Shown: one piece after another, positions 1 to 8,569 of the stretch | How the letters are laid out: every line of letters starts with the position of its first letter | Numbering within the stretch: the stretch's first letter is position 1 | Source: Acidobacteriota bacterium | GTDB lineage: Bacteria > Acidobacteriota > Thermoanaerobaculia > UBA5066 > Gp7-AA6 | Reading direction: 5' to 3' | Assembly: GCA_046728075.1 (NCBI GenBank) | Contig: JBKPDV010000066.1 | Coordinates: 1 to 50,447 of the forward strand | Length of the DNA stretch: 50,447 bases | Position numbers and translations under genes: made by a program | The notes under the pieces: generated by a model | Databases searched by the model: none | Seen by the model: only the letters and a program-made list of their open reading frames with translations | Told to the model about the DNA's origin: nothing

Positions 1-756
1 GCCCACGAGACCGACCTGCTCGCCGCGGTGGACATGTTGTCCGTCCTTGACGAGGATGACGTCGAGGTGCCCATAGATCGTCGTGTATCCGGTCGTATGG
101 GCGATCTGGACTGCCTTGCCATAGTCTCCGGCCCATCCGCTCCTGGCCACGACTCCTTCGGCGGTCGCTAAGACCGGCTCGTGCCGCCGGGTGGAGATGT
201 CCACTCCCGGGTGAAATGCCCCTTCTCCGGTGAAGGGGTCCATTCGGGAGCCAAAGCCTGAGTTTAAAAGACCCCGCACCGGGGCGACCGTGGGGGTGGA
301 AGAGGCGATGTCGGAATGGCGTCGAAACTGCGTTTCAATCTGATTGAGACGGGCGTCCAGCTCTCCCGTCCGGCCCGACGGGTCTGTCGGAAGGTTCGGC
401 CCCCCCTGAGCCTTCGAGGCCGCATCTGACAGCCCCGCAACGATCGCGAGCTGGCGCGTTCGAGACTCGAAGACGGAGAACTGGCGGGACAGCCCCTCGA
501 GCTTGTGCGACAGCTCCCTTGTGGAGCTTTTCAAGCGAGCGTTCTCGGCAAGAGCCTGGCGGTAGAGGTAGTCCCGGCGCGCACCGGAGAGAAAGGCCCA
601 GCCAAATGCGATCGCGGCAACCAGCACGGTGACGACAGAGAGGGCGGTCAAGGCCAGGGCTCGACTGGAAATCGTGAGTTTTCGGAACCGCGCCTTCGCG
701 TGGGGCACGAAGATGATCGTGTTGTATTTCCTCACCGGAAGTTTCTCCTCCCACAT
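1..756 (-). CDS. M23 family metallopeptidase (LytM-like), C-terminus cut by window edge; N-terminal TM segment and coiled-coil
   Basis: Not in the ORF track. Hand translation of the minus strand from ATG at 756..754 is open to position 1: MWEEKLPVRKYNTIIFVPHAKARFRKLTISSRALALTALSVVTVLVAAIAFGW...GFGSRMDPFTGEGAFHPGVDISTRRHEPVLATAEGVVARSGWAGDYGKAVQIAHTTGYTTIYGHLDVILVKDGQHVHRGEQVGLVG. It carries the HxGxD and GxxGH-type M23 motifs. Confidence 0.85.
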   Translation of the reverse strand, partial: MWEEKLPVRKYNTIIFVPHAKARFRKLTISSRALALTALSVVTVLVAAIAFGWAFLSGARRDYLYRQALAENARLKSSTRELSHKLEGLSRQFSVFESRTRQLAIVAGLSDAASKAQGGPNLPTDPSGRTGELDARLNQIETQFRRHSDIASSTPTVAPVRGLLNSGFGSRMDPFTGEGAFHPGVDISTRRHEPVLATAEGVVARSGWAGDYGKAVQIAHTTGYTTIYGHLDVILVKDGQHVHRGEQVGLVG

Positions 757-804
757 GAGGTGCCCCTCGGAAAGCGGCCGACGCCGCCCGGGAGGACACG
801 GTTT

Positions 805-2394
805 TCAAACTTTTGGACTCTCGTCCGAGTTTGATGCACATCGTACGGGCGTCGGAGAGATCCTGTCAACCTGACCCATGGGACAGGTGGCGCGCATCCG
901 GTAACCGACCGACTCGGCGACGTGCGCGGACGTGACTCGCTGCGCGTCAGCCAGGTCAGCGATCGTTCTCGCGACGCGGAGGGCCCGGTGCAGCGCGCGA
1001 AGAGAGAGGCGGAGACGTTCGACGACCGCGGGAAGCAGTCGCCGAGCCGAGCCGTCGAGGAGAAGGATTCGATCGAAGTCGGATACCGGAAGCTCGGCGT
1101 TGCGAAAAGCCGGTCGCCCCGGGAAACGATCAGCGGCCAGCCGCCGGGCGGCCTCGACGCGCTCGCGGATCGGAGCGGAAGCTTCCGCCACGCTTCCGCG
1201 GGCCAGATCTGCCCACGGCACGGCGGGCACGGGAACGTGCAGGTCGATGCGGTCGAGCAGAGGACCGGACAATTTGCGCGCGTACCTTTGCCGCTCTCTC
1301 CAGTCGCAGGAGCACGCATGTTCCCGATCTCCGGCGAACCCGCAGGGGCACGGGTTCATGGCCGCCACCAGCAGAAAGTCGGAGGGAAAAACCGAGGCGC
1401 CGCCGACTCTCACGATGCAGACTCGTTTTTCTTCGAGCGGTTGCCGGATCGCCTCCAGCGCGTCGCGCCGGAACTCGGGCAGCTCGTCCAAGAAGAGCAC
1501 GCCGCGGTGAGCGAGCGAGATCTCTCCGGGCCCCGGCCTCACGCCTCCTCCCACCAGGCCCGGCGCCGAGATTCCGTGGTGAGGGGCCCGGAAGGGCGCG
1601 TTCTCGATGAGCGCCGCTGCCGGAGGGAGCGCGCCCGCGATCGAATGAATCTTCGTCACCTCGATCGCCTCGGACCTCGTCAGCGGAGGCAGAATGGTGG
1701 GCAGTCTTCGGGCGAGCATCGTCTTGCCTGCTCCGGGCGGGCCCGACAGCAAAAGATGGTGTCCTCCCGCCGCCGCGATCTCCAACGCGCGACGCGCCAC
1801 TTTCTGTCCCCGGACTTCGGCGAAGTCCAGCTCCGAGGGAGCTGCCGGTGGGGCCGGGCCGGGAGAGAAGGGCGGGATCGGGCGTTGGCCGGTCAAGTGC
1901 GCCACGGCTCCGGCGAGACTTCGGACGGGAATGATCTCGAGTCCCTCGACCGCGGCGGCCTCCGCGGCGTTTTCGGCGGGAAGCACGACCTGCTGGAACC
2001 CCGCCTCGCGGGCCGCGGCCGCCAGGCAGAGCGCGCCGCGAATCGAGCGCACCTCTCCGGTCAGGCCGAGCTCGCCGATGAAGAGACGGCGCCGCGGTGT
2101 CGCCACGGCGAGACCGTCGACGAGCAGCAGCCCGATCGCGACGGGAAGATCGAGCGCGGCGCCGACCTTGCGAAAATCCGCCGGTGCCAGGTTGACCGTG
2201 ATCGCGCGACTGGTAAAGGGAAAACCGCTGTTGCGCAACGCGGACCGGACCCGGTCGCGGGCCTCCTTCACGGTGGTGTCGGGAAGGCCGACGATCGTGA
2301 AGCAGGGGAGACCGTCGGAGACGTCCACCTCGACGTCGAGAACGCGGGCATCGATCCCGGACACGGCTGCGGAATGCACACGGGCGAGCATCAA
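805..2394 (-). CDS. comM: YifB/ComM family Mg-chelatase-like AAA+ ATPase
   Basis: 529-aa ORF. N-terminal Lon-protease-like domain (MLARVHSAAVSGIDARVLDVEVDVS...TIVGLPD), Walker A LLLSGPPGAGKTML, and a zinc-cysteine cluster CPCGFAGDREHACSC typical of the family. Confidence 0.9.
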   Translation of the reverse strand: MMLARVHSAAVSGIDARVLDVEVDVSDGLPCFTIVGLPDTTVKEARDRVRSALRNSGFPFTSRAITVNLAPADFRKVGAALDLPVAIGLLLVDGLAVATPRRRLFIGELGLTGEVRSIRGALCLAAAAREAGFQQVVLPAENAAEAAAVEGLEIIPVRSLAGAVAHLTGQRPIPPFSPGPAPPAAPSELDFAEVRGQKVARRALEIAAAGGHHLLLSGPPGAGKTMLARRLPTILPPLTRSEAIEVTKIHSIAGALPPAAALIENAPFRAPHHGISAPGLVGGGVRPGPGEISLAHRGVLFLDELPEFRRDALEAIRQPLEEKRVCIVRVGGASVFPSDFLLVAAMNPCPCGFAGDREHACSCDWRERQRYARKLSGPLLDRIDLHVPVPAVPWADLARGSVAEASAPIRERVEAARRLAADRFPGRPAFRNAELPVSDFDRILLLDGSARRLLPAVVERLRLSLRALHRALRVARTIADLADAQRVTSAHVAESVGYRMRATCPMGQVDRISPTPVRCASNSDESPKV

Positions 2395-2454
2395 ACCTCC
2401 TCGGGGTGCGAGGAGAGCGCCGGACCGCCCGGTGAGGACGGGGAAAGTCTAGAC

Positions 2455-2532
2455 GTTCAAAGTTCAAAGTTCAAGGTTCAAGGTCATCACGGGCCTCAAC
2501 ATTGAACTTTGAACCTTGAAGCTTGAACTTGG
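2455..2532. repeat. Inverted heptad-array hairpin, unit GTTCAAR
   Basis: Left arm: GTTCAAA GTTCAAA GTTCAAG GTTCAAG (2455..2482). 15-nt loop. Right arm: ATTGAAC TTTGAAC CTTGAAG CTTGAAC (2501..2528). The right arm ends one base before the TAA of the mltD-like gene (2533..2535, minus strand). Confidence 0.9.
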
Positions 2533-4170
2533 TTACGGCTTGGCCGGAATGGTGAGCTTGTCGCCGGGACGAATCTGGGCCGGCGATCCGAGGCTGTTGG
2601 CCGTCATCAGGATCGCCACCGTCGTGCCGTGCTTGAGCGCGATCCGGTACAGCGTATCGCCGCCCCGGACGCGGTAGGTCTTTTTCTCCGGCGAAGGTCT
2701 GTTCGTCCGATCCGCGGCCGCCACGACTTTGCCGGCCTTCTTCTTCGGCTTTTTGCCGGTGGCGATCTGGACCTTCTCCGGCTTCGGAACCAGAATCACC
2801 CGTCCGCGCGGCAGGCGGGCCTTGGGCTCCACGGAGTTGAGCTCGGCTAAGACGGCCACCGGAACGTGGAAGCGGCGGGCGATCACGGCGAGCGTCTCGC
2901 CGCGTCGAGCCGCGTGCCGCCGGTACGAGGGAGCGATGGCGGTCGGAGCGGCCGCATAAGCGGCGAGCACGGCCTCGCGCGTTCCCATAGGCACCTTCAG
3001 CTCATAGCCCTCCGCATCGCGCGGGGTCACGTCCCCGGTCAGCTCCGGATTCAGGCGCTGGAGCTCCTCCAGGGGCGCATTTTGCCCGTCGGCGAGGTTC
3101 TTCAAACGGACGGGGCGCGTCAACTCGACCGTTTCGTACTCGAGGGGCTTTTCATACTCCACGTCGAAGCCGTAATGGGTCGGGTTCTTGGCGATCAACG
3201 TCGCCGCGATCACCGCCGGCACGTAGCTGATCGTCTGCGCCTTCAAGGCTCCCGGGGAGGCCGCCAGCTGCCAGAAGTCGGAAAATCCCGTGCGGGCCAT
3301 CGCCTTGAGGACCTTTCCCTCTCCCGCGTTGTACGCGGCGAGCGCCAGGTACCAATCGTGGAAGAGCAGGTTCAAATACTTCAGGTGTTTGGCGGCCGCG
3401 CGCGTCGCTTTCTCCGGGTCGCTGCGCTGGTCCACCACCGCGTTGGCGGTCAGTCCGTACTGCCGACCGGTTCGGAGCATGAATTGCCAGATTCCGTGGG
3501 CGGCCTTGTTGGAGCGCGCGCGAGGAAGAAACGAGGATTCGATCAGGGCCACTTGGGCGAGATCCGCCGGCACCCCTTCCTCGCGGAAGATCCGGTGGAT
3601 CATCGGAACGTAGCGGCCGGAGCGGGCAAGGCCGCGCCCGATCACGTCGTGCAGGTCGTTCTGGAAGACGGCGAGGATCCGCAGCACCGACTCATTCGCA
3701 ACGATGGGGATGTCGTAGGTCACGCCGGCGGTGTCGGTGGCGACGGCTGTCGCGGCCCGGGAGATCTCCTCGGGACTGGACACGGGCGCCTCGATCTGGC
3801 GCAGCTCCGGCGCGATACGGTCGGCGGCCGCCTCGTCCACCGGGGCCGCCAGGGCTTCGTAGCGCAGGATGGCCTCGAAAAGGTCTTCAGAAAAGTCGCG
3901 CAAGCGAGGATCGGATGGCGGGGCAGCGCCGACAGGACGCAGGGCATCGATGGCGCGCCCGAAGGCGTCGGCAGCGCAGGCTCCGTCTCCCGAGAGGGCG
4001 GCCTCGCGCCCCACATCGAACGCGCGGCTCGCAGCTTCCATCGCCGCGACTTCCGGCGAAGGCGCGGGCGGCGAAGCCTTGCGCGCCGGCGAGGAAGCGC
4101 ATCCGGCCAGTGCGAGCGCCGATGCGAGGAGCGCGTACTCCTTCGCCCGGGCACGGATCTCTTGAAGCAT
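2533..4170 (-). CDS. Membrane-bound lytic murein transglycosylase D-like lipoprotein (SLT domain plus two C-terminal LysM domains)
   Basis: SLT motifs ESSFLPRARSNKAAHGIWQFM and AAYNAGEGKV. LysM-like YRVRGGDTLYRIALKHGTTVAILMTANSL. I prefer the ATG at 4170 (MLQEIRARAKEYALLASALALAGC, lipobox LAGC) over the track start at 4248. Confidence 0.85.
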   Translation of the reverse strand: MLQEIRARAKEYALLASALALAGCASSPARKASPPAPSPEVAAMEAASRAFDVGREAALSGDGACAADAFGRAIDALRPVGAAPPSDPRLRDFSEDLFEAILRYEALAAPVDEAAADRIAPELRQIEAPVSSPEEISRAATAVATDTAGVTYDIPIVANESVLRILAVFQNDLHDVIGRGLARSGRYVPMIHRIFREEGVPADLAQVALIESSFLPRARSNKAAHGIWQFMLRTGRQYGLTANAVVDQRSDPEKATRAAAKHLKYLNLLFHDWYLALAAYNAGEGKVLKAMARTGFSDFWQLAASPGALKAQTISYVPAVIAATLIAKNPTHYGFDVEYEKPLEYETVELTRPVRLKNLADGQNAPLEELQRLNPELTGDVTPRDAEGYELKVPMGTREAVLAAYAAAPTAIAPSYRRHAARRGETLAVIARRFHVPVAVLAELNSVEPKARLPRGRVILVPKPEKVQIATGKKPKKKAGKVVAAADRTNRPSPEKKTYRVRGGDTLYRIALKHGTTVAILMTANSLGSPAQIRPGDKLTIPAKP

Positions 4171-4321
4171 CTGTACGGAAAGGTTAGCCGCCTCGAGAGC
4201 GCAAGGCAAAGGGTTTCTGGGTCCGACGATGTCTACCGGGGAGGACAACGGATGGACCGGACCCGGTCCGGGGGAAGAAACCTTCTATATCAAAATTGAC
4301 ATAACGCTTCCTCAACGTCCG

Positions 4322-4357
4322 GCTGACAGCTGATCGCTAACAGCTGACAGCTCTCAG
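4322..4357. repeat. Single heptad array, unit GCTGACA (minus-strand reading CTGTCAG)
   Basis: GCTGACA GCTGATC GCTAACA GCTGACA GCTCTCA. In gene sense it reads TAG-CTGAGAG-CTGTCAG-CTGTTAG-CGATCAG-CTGTCAG, starting immediately after the mglA-like stop. Confidence 0.88.
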
Positions 4358-5695
4358 CTACTTTCCGAAGATGTGAAACTTCAGAGAGAGCAGGAGCTTC
4401 TCGATTTCCTGCTTGGTGTGCAGGTCGATCGAGAATGTCTTCTCCTCGCCTACGGGATTCTTCTGATCGTCTTCGATTCGCAGTCCGATGGTGACGTGGC
4501 GTCCCTGCGCGAGCTCCCCCTGTGGAACCTGCACTTCGAAAATGCGATTGATCTCCTTGCGGTGATTCAGGCTCGAGGCCAGCAGATCGTCGATGGAAAT
4601 GCCGGTCGTTTGGCGGCGCGCGGCCCGGTCCGTCGACGTCGTTTCCGCCGTCGCGCTCTTTCGCAGTTTTTCGAGCTCCGCGAGGATGTCGATGTTGGAC
4701 CGGACCCGGACGTGCTTGACCGGAGGCTCCGCGATCGGCGTCGGTTCCGGAGCCGCGGGCGCTTCCGCGAACGAGATCTCCCCAATTTCCAGCGGCTCGG
4801 ACGGCACGTCCAGTTCCGGCAGCGGGGCATCGAGGGAGTTCAAGGCGTCTTCGAACTCGTTGACCGTCTCGACGTCGTCGGCGTCGAACGCCTCCACCCC
4901 CAGCAGCGTCGGCGGCGGAGGAGGAGTCGGCACGTCGAAGGGAATGGCCTCCGGCTCGGGCTCCAGATCGATCTCGACGGGCCGCGGAGGCGGCTGGACC
5001 GCCGGAACCGGGACTTCGCGCGGCGGGACCGGTCGGGGCGGCGGCGGCGGGGCGACCTCCGGCGGAATCGTGGCGGCGCTCACGCGCGCTCCGCGATCAT
5101 CTCCGAGCATTCTCTTCTTGAGCGATCTCAGCGTGAGTCGCGAGATCGCCTTCAGAGTCTCGAAGACCCCCTGGCCGAGAACCGCGCACGCTTCATAACT
5201 CTCGTACTTGTGTTCGGGATTCAGGCTCTCTTCGAGCTCCTCGACGGAGAGGATGTTGGAAAGATCCCGCTTGTTGTACTGGAAGACGAGCGGGAGATCA
5301 TCGAGCTTGATCCCGATCTCGGCGAGGTTCGAGCGCAGGTTGTTGACGCTCTCGGTGTTGGCCTCCTTCATCGCGCGCTGGGAATCGGCGACGAACACCA
5401 TGCCGTCGACGCCCTTCAGGACGAGCTTGCGAGTCGTGTTGTAGAAGACCTGGCCCGGCACCGTGTAGAGCTGGACCCGCGTCTTGAACCCCCCGATGAT
5501 GCCCACGTCCAGCGGGAGCAGATCGAAAAAAAGCGTCCGATCCGTCTCCGTCTCGAGCGACACCATCTCTCCGCGGGAGCCCGGGGAGGTGCGCCCGTAG
5601 ATGTGGTGGAGATTCGTCGTCTTGCCGCACAGACCGGGGCCGTAATAGACGATCTTGGCCGCCATCTGCATGGTGGCGTAGTTGAAGAAGACCAT
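4358..5695 (-). CDS. mglA: MglA-family Ras-like GTPase fused to a Pro-rich linker and an uncharacterised ~110-aa C-terminal domain
   Basis: The first ~195 aa align by eye to MglA: KIVYYGPGLCGKTTNL (P-loop), TDRTLFFD, LYTVPGQVFY, YNKRDL. About 250 further residues follow (APPPPPRPVPPREVPVPAVQPPPRP...VKHVRVRSNIDILAELEKLRK...LLLSLKFHIFGK). Confidence 0.85.
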   Translation of the reverse strand: MVFFNYATMQMAAKIVYYGPGLCGKTTNLHHIYGRTSPGSRGEMVSLETETDRTLFFDLLPLDVGIIGGFKTRVQLYTVPGQVFYNTTRKLVLKGVDGMVFVADSQRAMKEANTESVNNLRSNLAEIGIKLDDLPLVFQYNKRDLSNILSVEELEESLNPEHKYESYEACAVLGQGVFETLKAISRLTLRSLKKRMLGDDRGARVSAATIPPEVAPPPPPRPVPPREVPVPAVQPPPRPVEIDLEPEPEAIPFDVPTPPPPPTLLGVEAFDADDVETVNEFEDALNSLDAPLPELDVPSEPLEIGEISFAEAPAAPEPTPIAEPPVKHVRVRSNIDILAELEKLRKSATAETTSTDRAARRQTTGISIDDLLASSLNHRKEINRIFEVQVPQGELAQGRHVTIGLRIEDDQKNPVGEEKTFSIDLHTKQEIEKLLLSLKFHIFGK

Positions 5696-5759
5696 GGACG
5701 ATTATCTGCTCGCGCACACGAGCGCGTGGAAGAATTCTACCATCGCTCCCGCCGTAAGT

Positions 5760-5782
5760 CGTTTCGCCGCAACGGCGAAACG
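5760..5782 (-). terminator. Perfect 10-bp stem, 3-nt loop hairpin between the DUF2520 gene and the mglA-like gene
   Basis: CGTTTCGCCG-CAA-CGGCGAAACG. It is 35 nt downstream of the DUF2520 stop and 65 nt upstream of the mglA-like start. No U-tract, so it may be a terminator or a 5'-UTR structure. Confidence 0.35.
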
Positions 5783-5816
5783 GAGGATGGGACGCGGGGA
5801 AAGCAGAATCAAGCCC

Positions 5817-6686
5817 TCAGGGGATGGAATCGTCACCACCCTCCATAAGGAAAAGGATTTCGTCTTCCTTCCCGCGGCCCGGTGTCCGCTCGAGAGTCTC
5901 CCGCGCGAGCAGATCGTAGAGGCGCAGCAGCTCCGGCCGCCCCGCCAGAGCGGCGCGGTGGGCGCGCACCGTCTGCAGATCCCGCCTGGCCAGAGGGCCC
6001 GTAAACGCGTCTTCGAAGGGGCGGTGCGTCGCCGTCGCCGTGGCCCGCGCCGCCAGGTCGGCCAGCGCGGCCTTTGCCTCGTCCTCGGGGATGCCGATCG
6101 ACGTCCAGAGCCGGGTTGCGCAGGAGACCAATGCGAGCGCGCCTCCCGCCGCGAGAGTCGCCGCGGCGTGGTACAGAGCCTTGGATTCGGCGGCCAGGCG
6201 CCTCCCGATAGCGCCGAAGGCCCGGACGATCTGCTCTCCCGCCGAGCAGGCCGGCTCGTCCCCTTCGATCGCAACAAAAGCGCCGCGCCAGGTCTCCGAG
6301 ATTTCCCCCGAGAAGGCCCTCAGCGGATGGAGAGAGCCTACAGAGGCGCCCGAGCGCCGCAGGATCCCGATCTCTTCGGCAGACGAAGCGCCGGAGAGAT
6401 GGAAGGCCAGGCGACAGGAAACCTCCGGCGCGATTCGAGCGGCGACCGCGCTGATCGAGTCGTCCGGCACGCCGAGAAGAAGCAGGTCGCAGTCGAACGG
6501 GCCCGATCCCGCCGTGCGGGGCTGTTCTGCCTTCAGGAGGGCAACGGCGCGTTCCGCTCCCGCCTGATCGCGGGAAAAGACGTAATCGATGCGGCCTCCC
6601 GCCTCGCGCCAGGATCGAGCGAAAGCCTTCGCGGCTCGCCCGGGCCCGACGATTGCCACCGACCAGTTGAAAATGTTCTCCGGCAT
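5817..6686 (-). CDS. Rossmann-fold oxidoreductase-like protein with DUF2520-type C-terminal domain
   Basis: Only the C-terminal 290 aa of the 739-aa track ORF looks real. It starts at MPENIFNWSVAIVGPGRAAKAF (GxGxxA dinucleotide fold); the remainder of that ORF is antisense to hrcA. Confidence 0.7.
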   Translation of the reverse strand: MPENIFNWSVAIVGPGRAAKAFARSWREAGGRIDYVFSRDQAGAERAVALLKAEQPRTAGSGPFDCDLLLLGVPDDSISAVAARIAPEVSCRLAFHLSGASSAEEIGILRRSGASVGSLHPLRAFSGEISETWRGAFVAIEGDEPACSAGEQIVRAFGAIGRRLAAESKALYHAAATLAAGGALALVSCATRLWTSIGIPEDEAKAALADLAARATATATHRPFEDAFTGPLARRDLQTVRAHRAALAGRPELLRLYDLLARETLERTPGRGKEDEILFLMEGGDDSIP

Positions 6687-6698
6687 ACGCCCCCGATC

Positions 6699-6795
6699 CC
6701 CAAGTCTGAAGTCTGACATGAGGATGGAGGTGGCAGGATCTTCCCCATTGCCCGCGTCCGACGCCCTCAGACCTCCGACGTCCTCAGTCCTTGGT
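6699..6795. repeat. Degenerate inverted heptad element, unit AGTCTGA
   Basis: CCAAGTCTGAAGTCTGAC ... CCTCAGACCTCCGACGTCCTCAGTCCTTGG. The ends CCAAG/CTTGG and the TCTGA/TCAGA units are complementary. It lies in the divergent region between the DUF2520 gene and hrcA. Confidence 0.5.
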
Positions 6796-6893
6796 CCAGG
6801 CCGCCGTTGTTTCCGCGCCGCCGCGCCGCCTGTTACCATTGTCCGGGGAGGGTTCCAGGCGGTCCGGCCGGGCGGTCGGACCGAGGCGGTCAA

Positions 6894-7958
6894 ATGATGC
6901 ATCCGCTCGACATTCGAAGCCGGGCGATCTTGAAGGAGATCATCCGGCTTCACGTGGACACCGGAAAACCGGTATCGTCCCGGGCACTTTTCAAGTCCCG
7001 GCGGTTCGAGCTTTCTCCCGCTTCGATTCGCAACATCATGGCCGACCTGACCGATGCCGGATTCCTCGCCCAGCCCCACACCTCTGCGGGCCGCATTCCG
7101 ACGGATCGCGCGTACCGCGTCTACATCGACGAACTGATGAAGCATCGCCGGATCGCCCCGGATGTCCGCGAGCAGGTCGACTTCGATCTGGCCTCCGCCG
7201 GCAGCGATATCCGCGGTCTGTTCCAGGCTTCCTCGCGCCTGCTCTCGCGACTCTCCGGAGAAGTCGGTTTCGTCGTCGCTCCCGACGCGCTCCACACCGT
7301 GGTGAAGAGCCTGCGCTTCCTGTCGGTCGCGCCCGGCAAGATCCTCGTCATCCAGGTCAACGAACCGGACGTCGTCCAGTCCCGCGTTTTCGAAACCGAT
7401 GTCGACTACACGGCCTCCGAGCTCGACGCCATCTCGGACCGTCTGACGCGCGAGTTCTGCGGCAACACGCTCCACGAGGTGTGCCGGCTCCTTCTCGCGG
7501 CGGTGGCGCAAGAGAAGGCCGCCTGCGACCGGATGCTCGCCCGGGCGCTTCCCCTCGGACGTCAGGCGCTGGAGAAGCAGCAGGGGGAGGATCGTGTTTA
7601 CGTCGACGGGACGGCGCAGCTGTTCGACAAGCCGGAGTTCTCGAATCTGAAGTCCTTGAGGAGCGTTCTGCGCGCCTTCGACGAGAAGGCGCGGCTGCTG
7701 GATCTGGTCACGCGATATCTGAATTCGAAGGGGCCCTGCGTCGTGCTCGGCTCCGAGACGGGCCTTGGCGAGGAGTCTCGCCTGTCGGCAGTCTTGACCT
7801 CCTACGGCACGGGAGAGACACTGACCGGAATGCTGGGAGTACTGGGACCTGCCCGCCGGGAATATCCCCGGGTGATTCCAGTCGTGGAGCTTCTCGGTCG
7901 GGCTCTGTCGGACCGGCTGGAAGGGCGCGAGGCTCCGGCGGAGGATGATCCGGAATGA
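6894..7958 (+). CDS. hrcA: Heat-inducible transcription repressor HrcA
   Basis: MMHPLDIRSRAILKEIIRLHVDTGKPVSSRAL...IRNIMADLTDAGFLAQPHTSAGRIPTDRAYRVYIDELM. First gene of a conserved hrcA-grpE-dnaK-dnaJ order. I chose the internal ATG at 6894 rather than the track start at 6807. Confidence 0.9.
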   Translation: MMHPLDIRSRAILKEIIRLHVDTGKPVSSRALFKSRRFELSPASIRNIMADLTDAGFLAQPHTSAGRIPTDRAYRVYIDELMKHRRIAPDVREQVDFDLASAGSDIRGLFQASSRLLSRLSGEVGFVVAPDALHTVVKSLRFLSVAPGKILVIQVNEPDVVQSRVFETDVDYTASELDAISDRLTREFCGNTLHEVCRLLLAAVAQEKAACDRMLARALPLGRQALEKQQGEDRVYVDGTAQLFDKPEFSNLKSLRSVLRAFDEKARLLDLVTRYLNSKGPCVVLGSETGLGEESRLSAVLTSYGTGETLTGMLGVLGPARREYPRVIPVVELLGRALSDRLEGREAPAEDDPE

Positions 7959-8566
7959 ACGGCGACGATTCCCGCGACCGTCCGCACCCCAAGGATCCTT
8001 CCGACCGGATAGAAGTCGAAGACCCGGGTCAGACACTCGAGGACGCGCTCGCGGAAGAGGAGCAGTCCGCCATCACGGCGGCCGAGGAGAAACTGAAGTC
8101 GGTCATGCAGAACCTGGAAGAGCTTCGCGACCGGCATCAGCGCAAGCTCGCCGAGTTCGACAACATGCGAAAGCGCACGGAGCGCGAGAAGGGGGAATAC
8201 TTCCGCAACGCTCTGGCCAACTTCCTGCTCGATCTGTTGCCGATCGTGGACAGCTTTGAAAGCGCCCTGGCCCACGCCCCGCCGGAAGCTCGTCGGAGCG
8301 ACTTCGGCCAGGGAATTGCGTTGATCCGCCGCCAGTTCGCGGAGCTCTTCAAGAAATACGGGCTGGTCGAGGTGGACACCGACGGGCCCTTCGATCCGAA
8401 CCTGCACGAGGCGGTGGCCACGGAGGAAGCCGAGGACGTCCCGAAGGACACGATCCTCGAAGTGCTCCGCAAGGGATACATGCTCAACGACCGACTCCTT
8501 CGGCCGGCCTGGGTCAAGGTCGCGGTCCGGCCCGTCGAGTCCGCCCAGTCCCGGTCCGGAGAGTAG
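7955..8566 (+). CDS. grpE: Nucleotide exchange factor GrpE
   Basis: AEFDNMRKRTEREK, LLPIVDSFESAL, FDPNLHEAV, GYMLNDRLLRPAWVKV. ATGA overlap with the hrcA stop. Confidence 0.92.
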   Translation: MNGDDSRDRPHPKDPSDRIEVEDPGQTLEDALAEEEQSAITAAEEKLKSVMQNLEELRDRHQRKLAEFDNMRKRTEREKGEYFRNALANFLLDLLPIVDSFESALAHAPPEARRSDFGQGIALIRRQFAELFKKYGLVEVDTDGPFDPNLHEAVATEEAEDVPKDTILEVLRKGYMLNDRLLRPAWVKVAVRPVESAQSRSGE

Positions 8567-8569
8567 ACC

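Noticed and set aside
801-810. GTTTTCAAAC upstream of the M23 peptidase start, as a second copy of the 35675 palindrome (GCGTTTTCAAAACGC)
   Set aside because: Only 9 nt are shared, the sequence lies inside the comM coding region, and it is not palindromic here. Chance similarity is likely.
6687-8036. N-terminal two-thirds of the 739-aa minus-strand ORF 5817..8036
   Set aside because: Only 5817..6686 has a plausible start (GxGxxA Rossmann motif). The rest is antisense to hrcA and runs across a divergent intergenic region.
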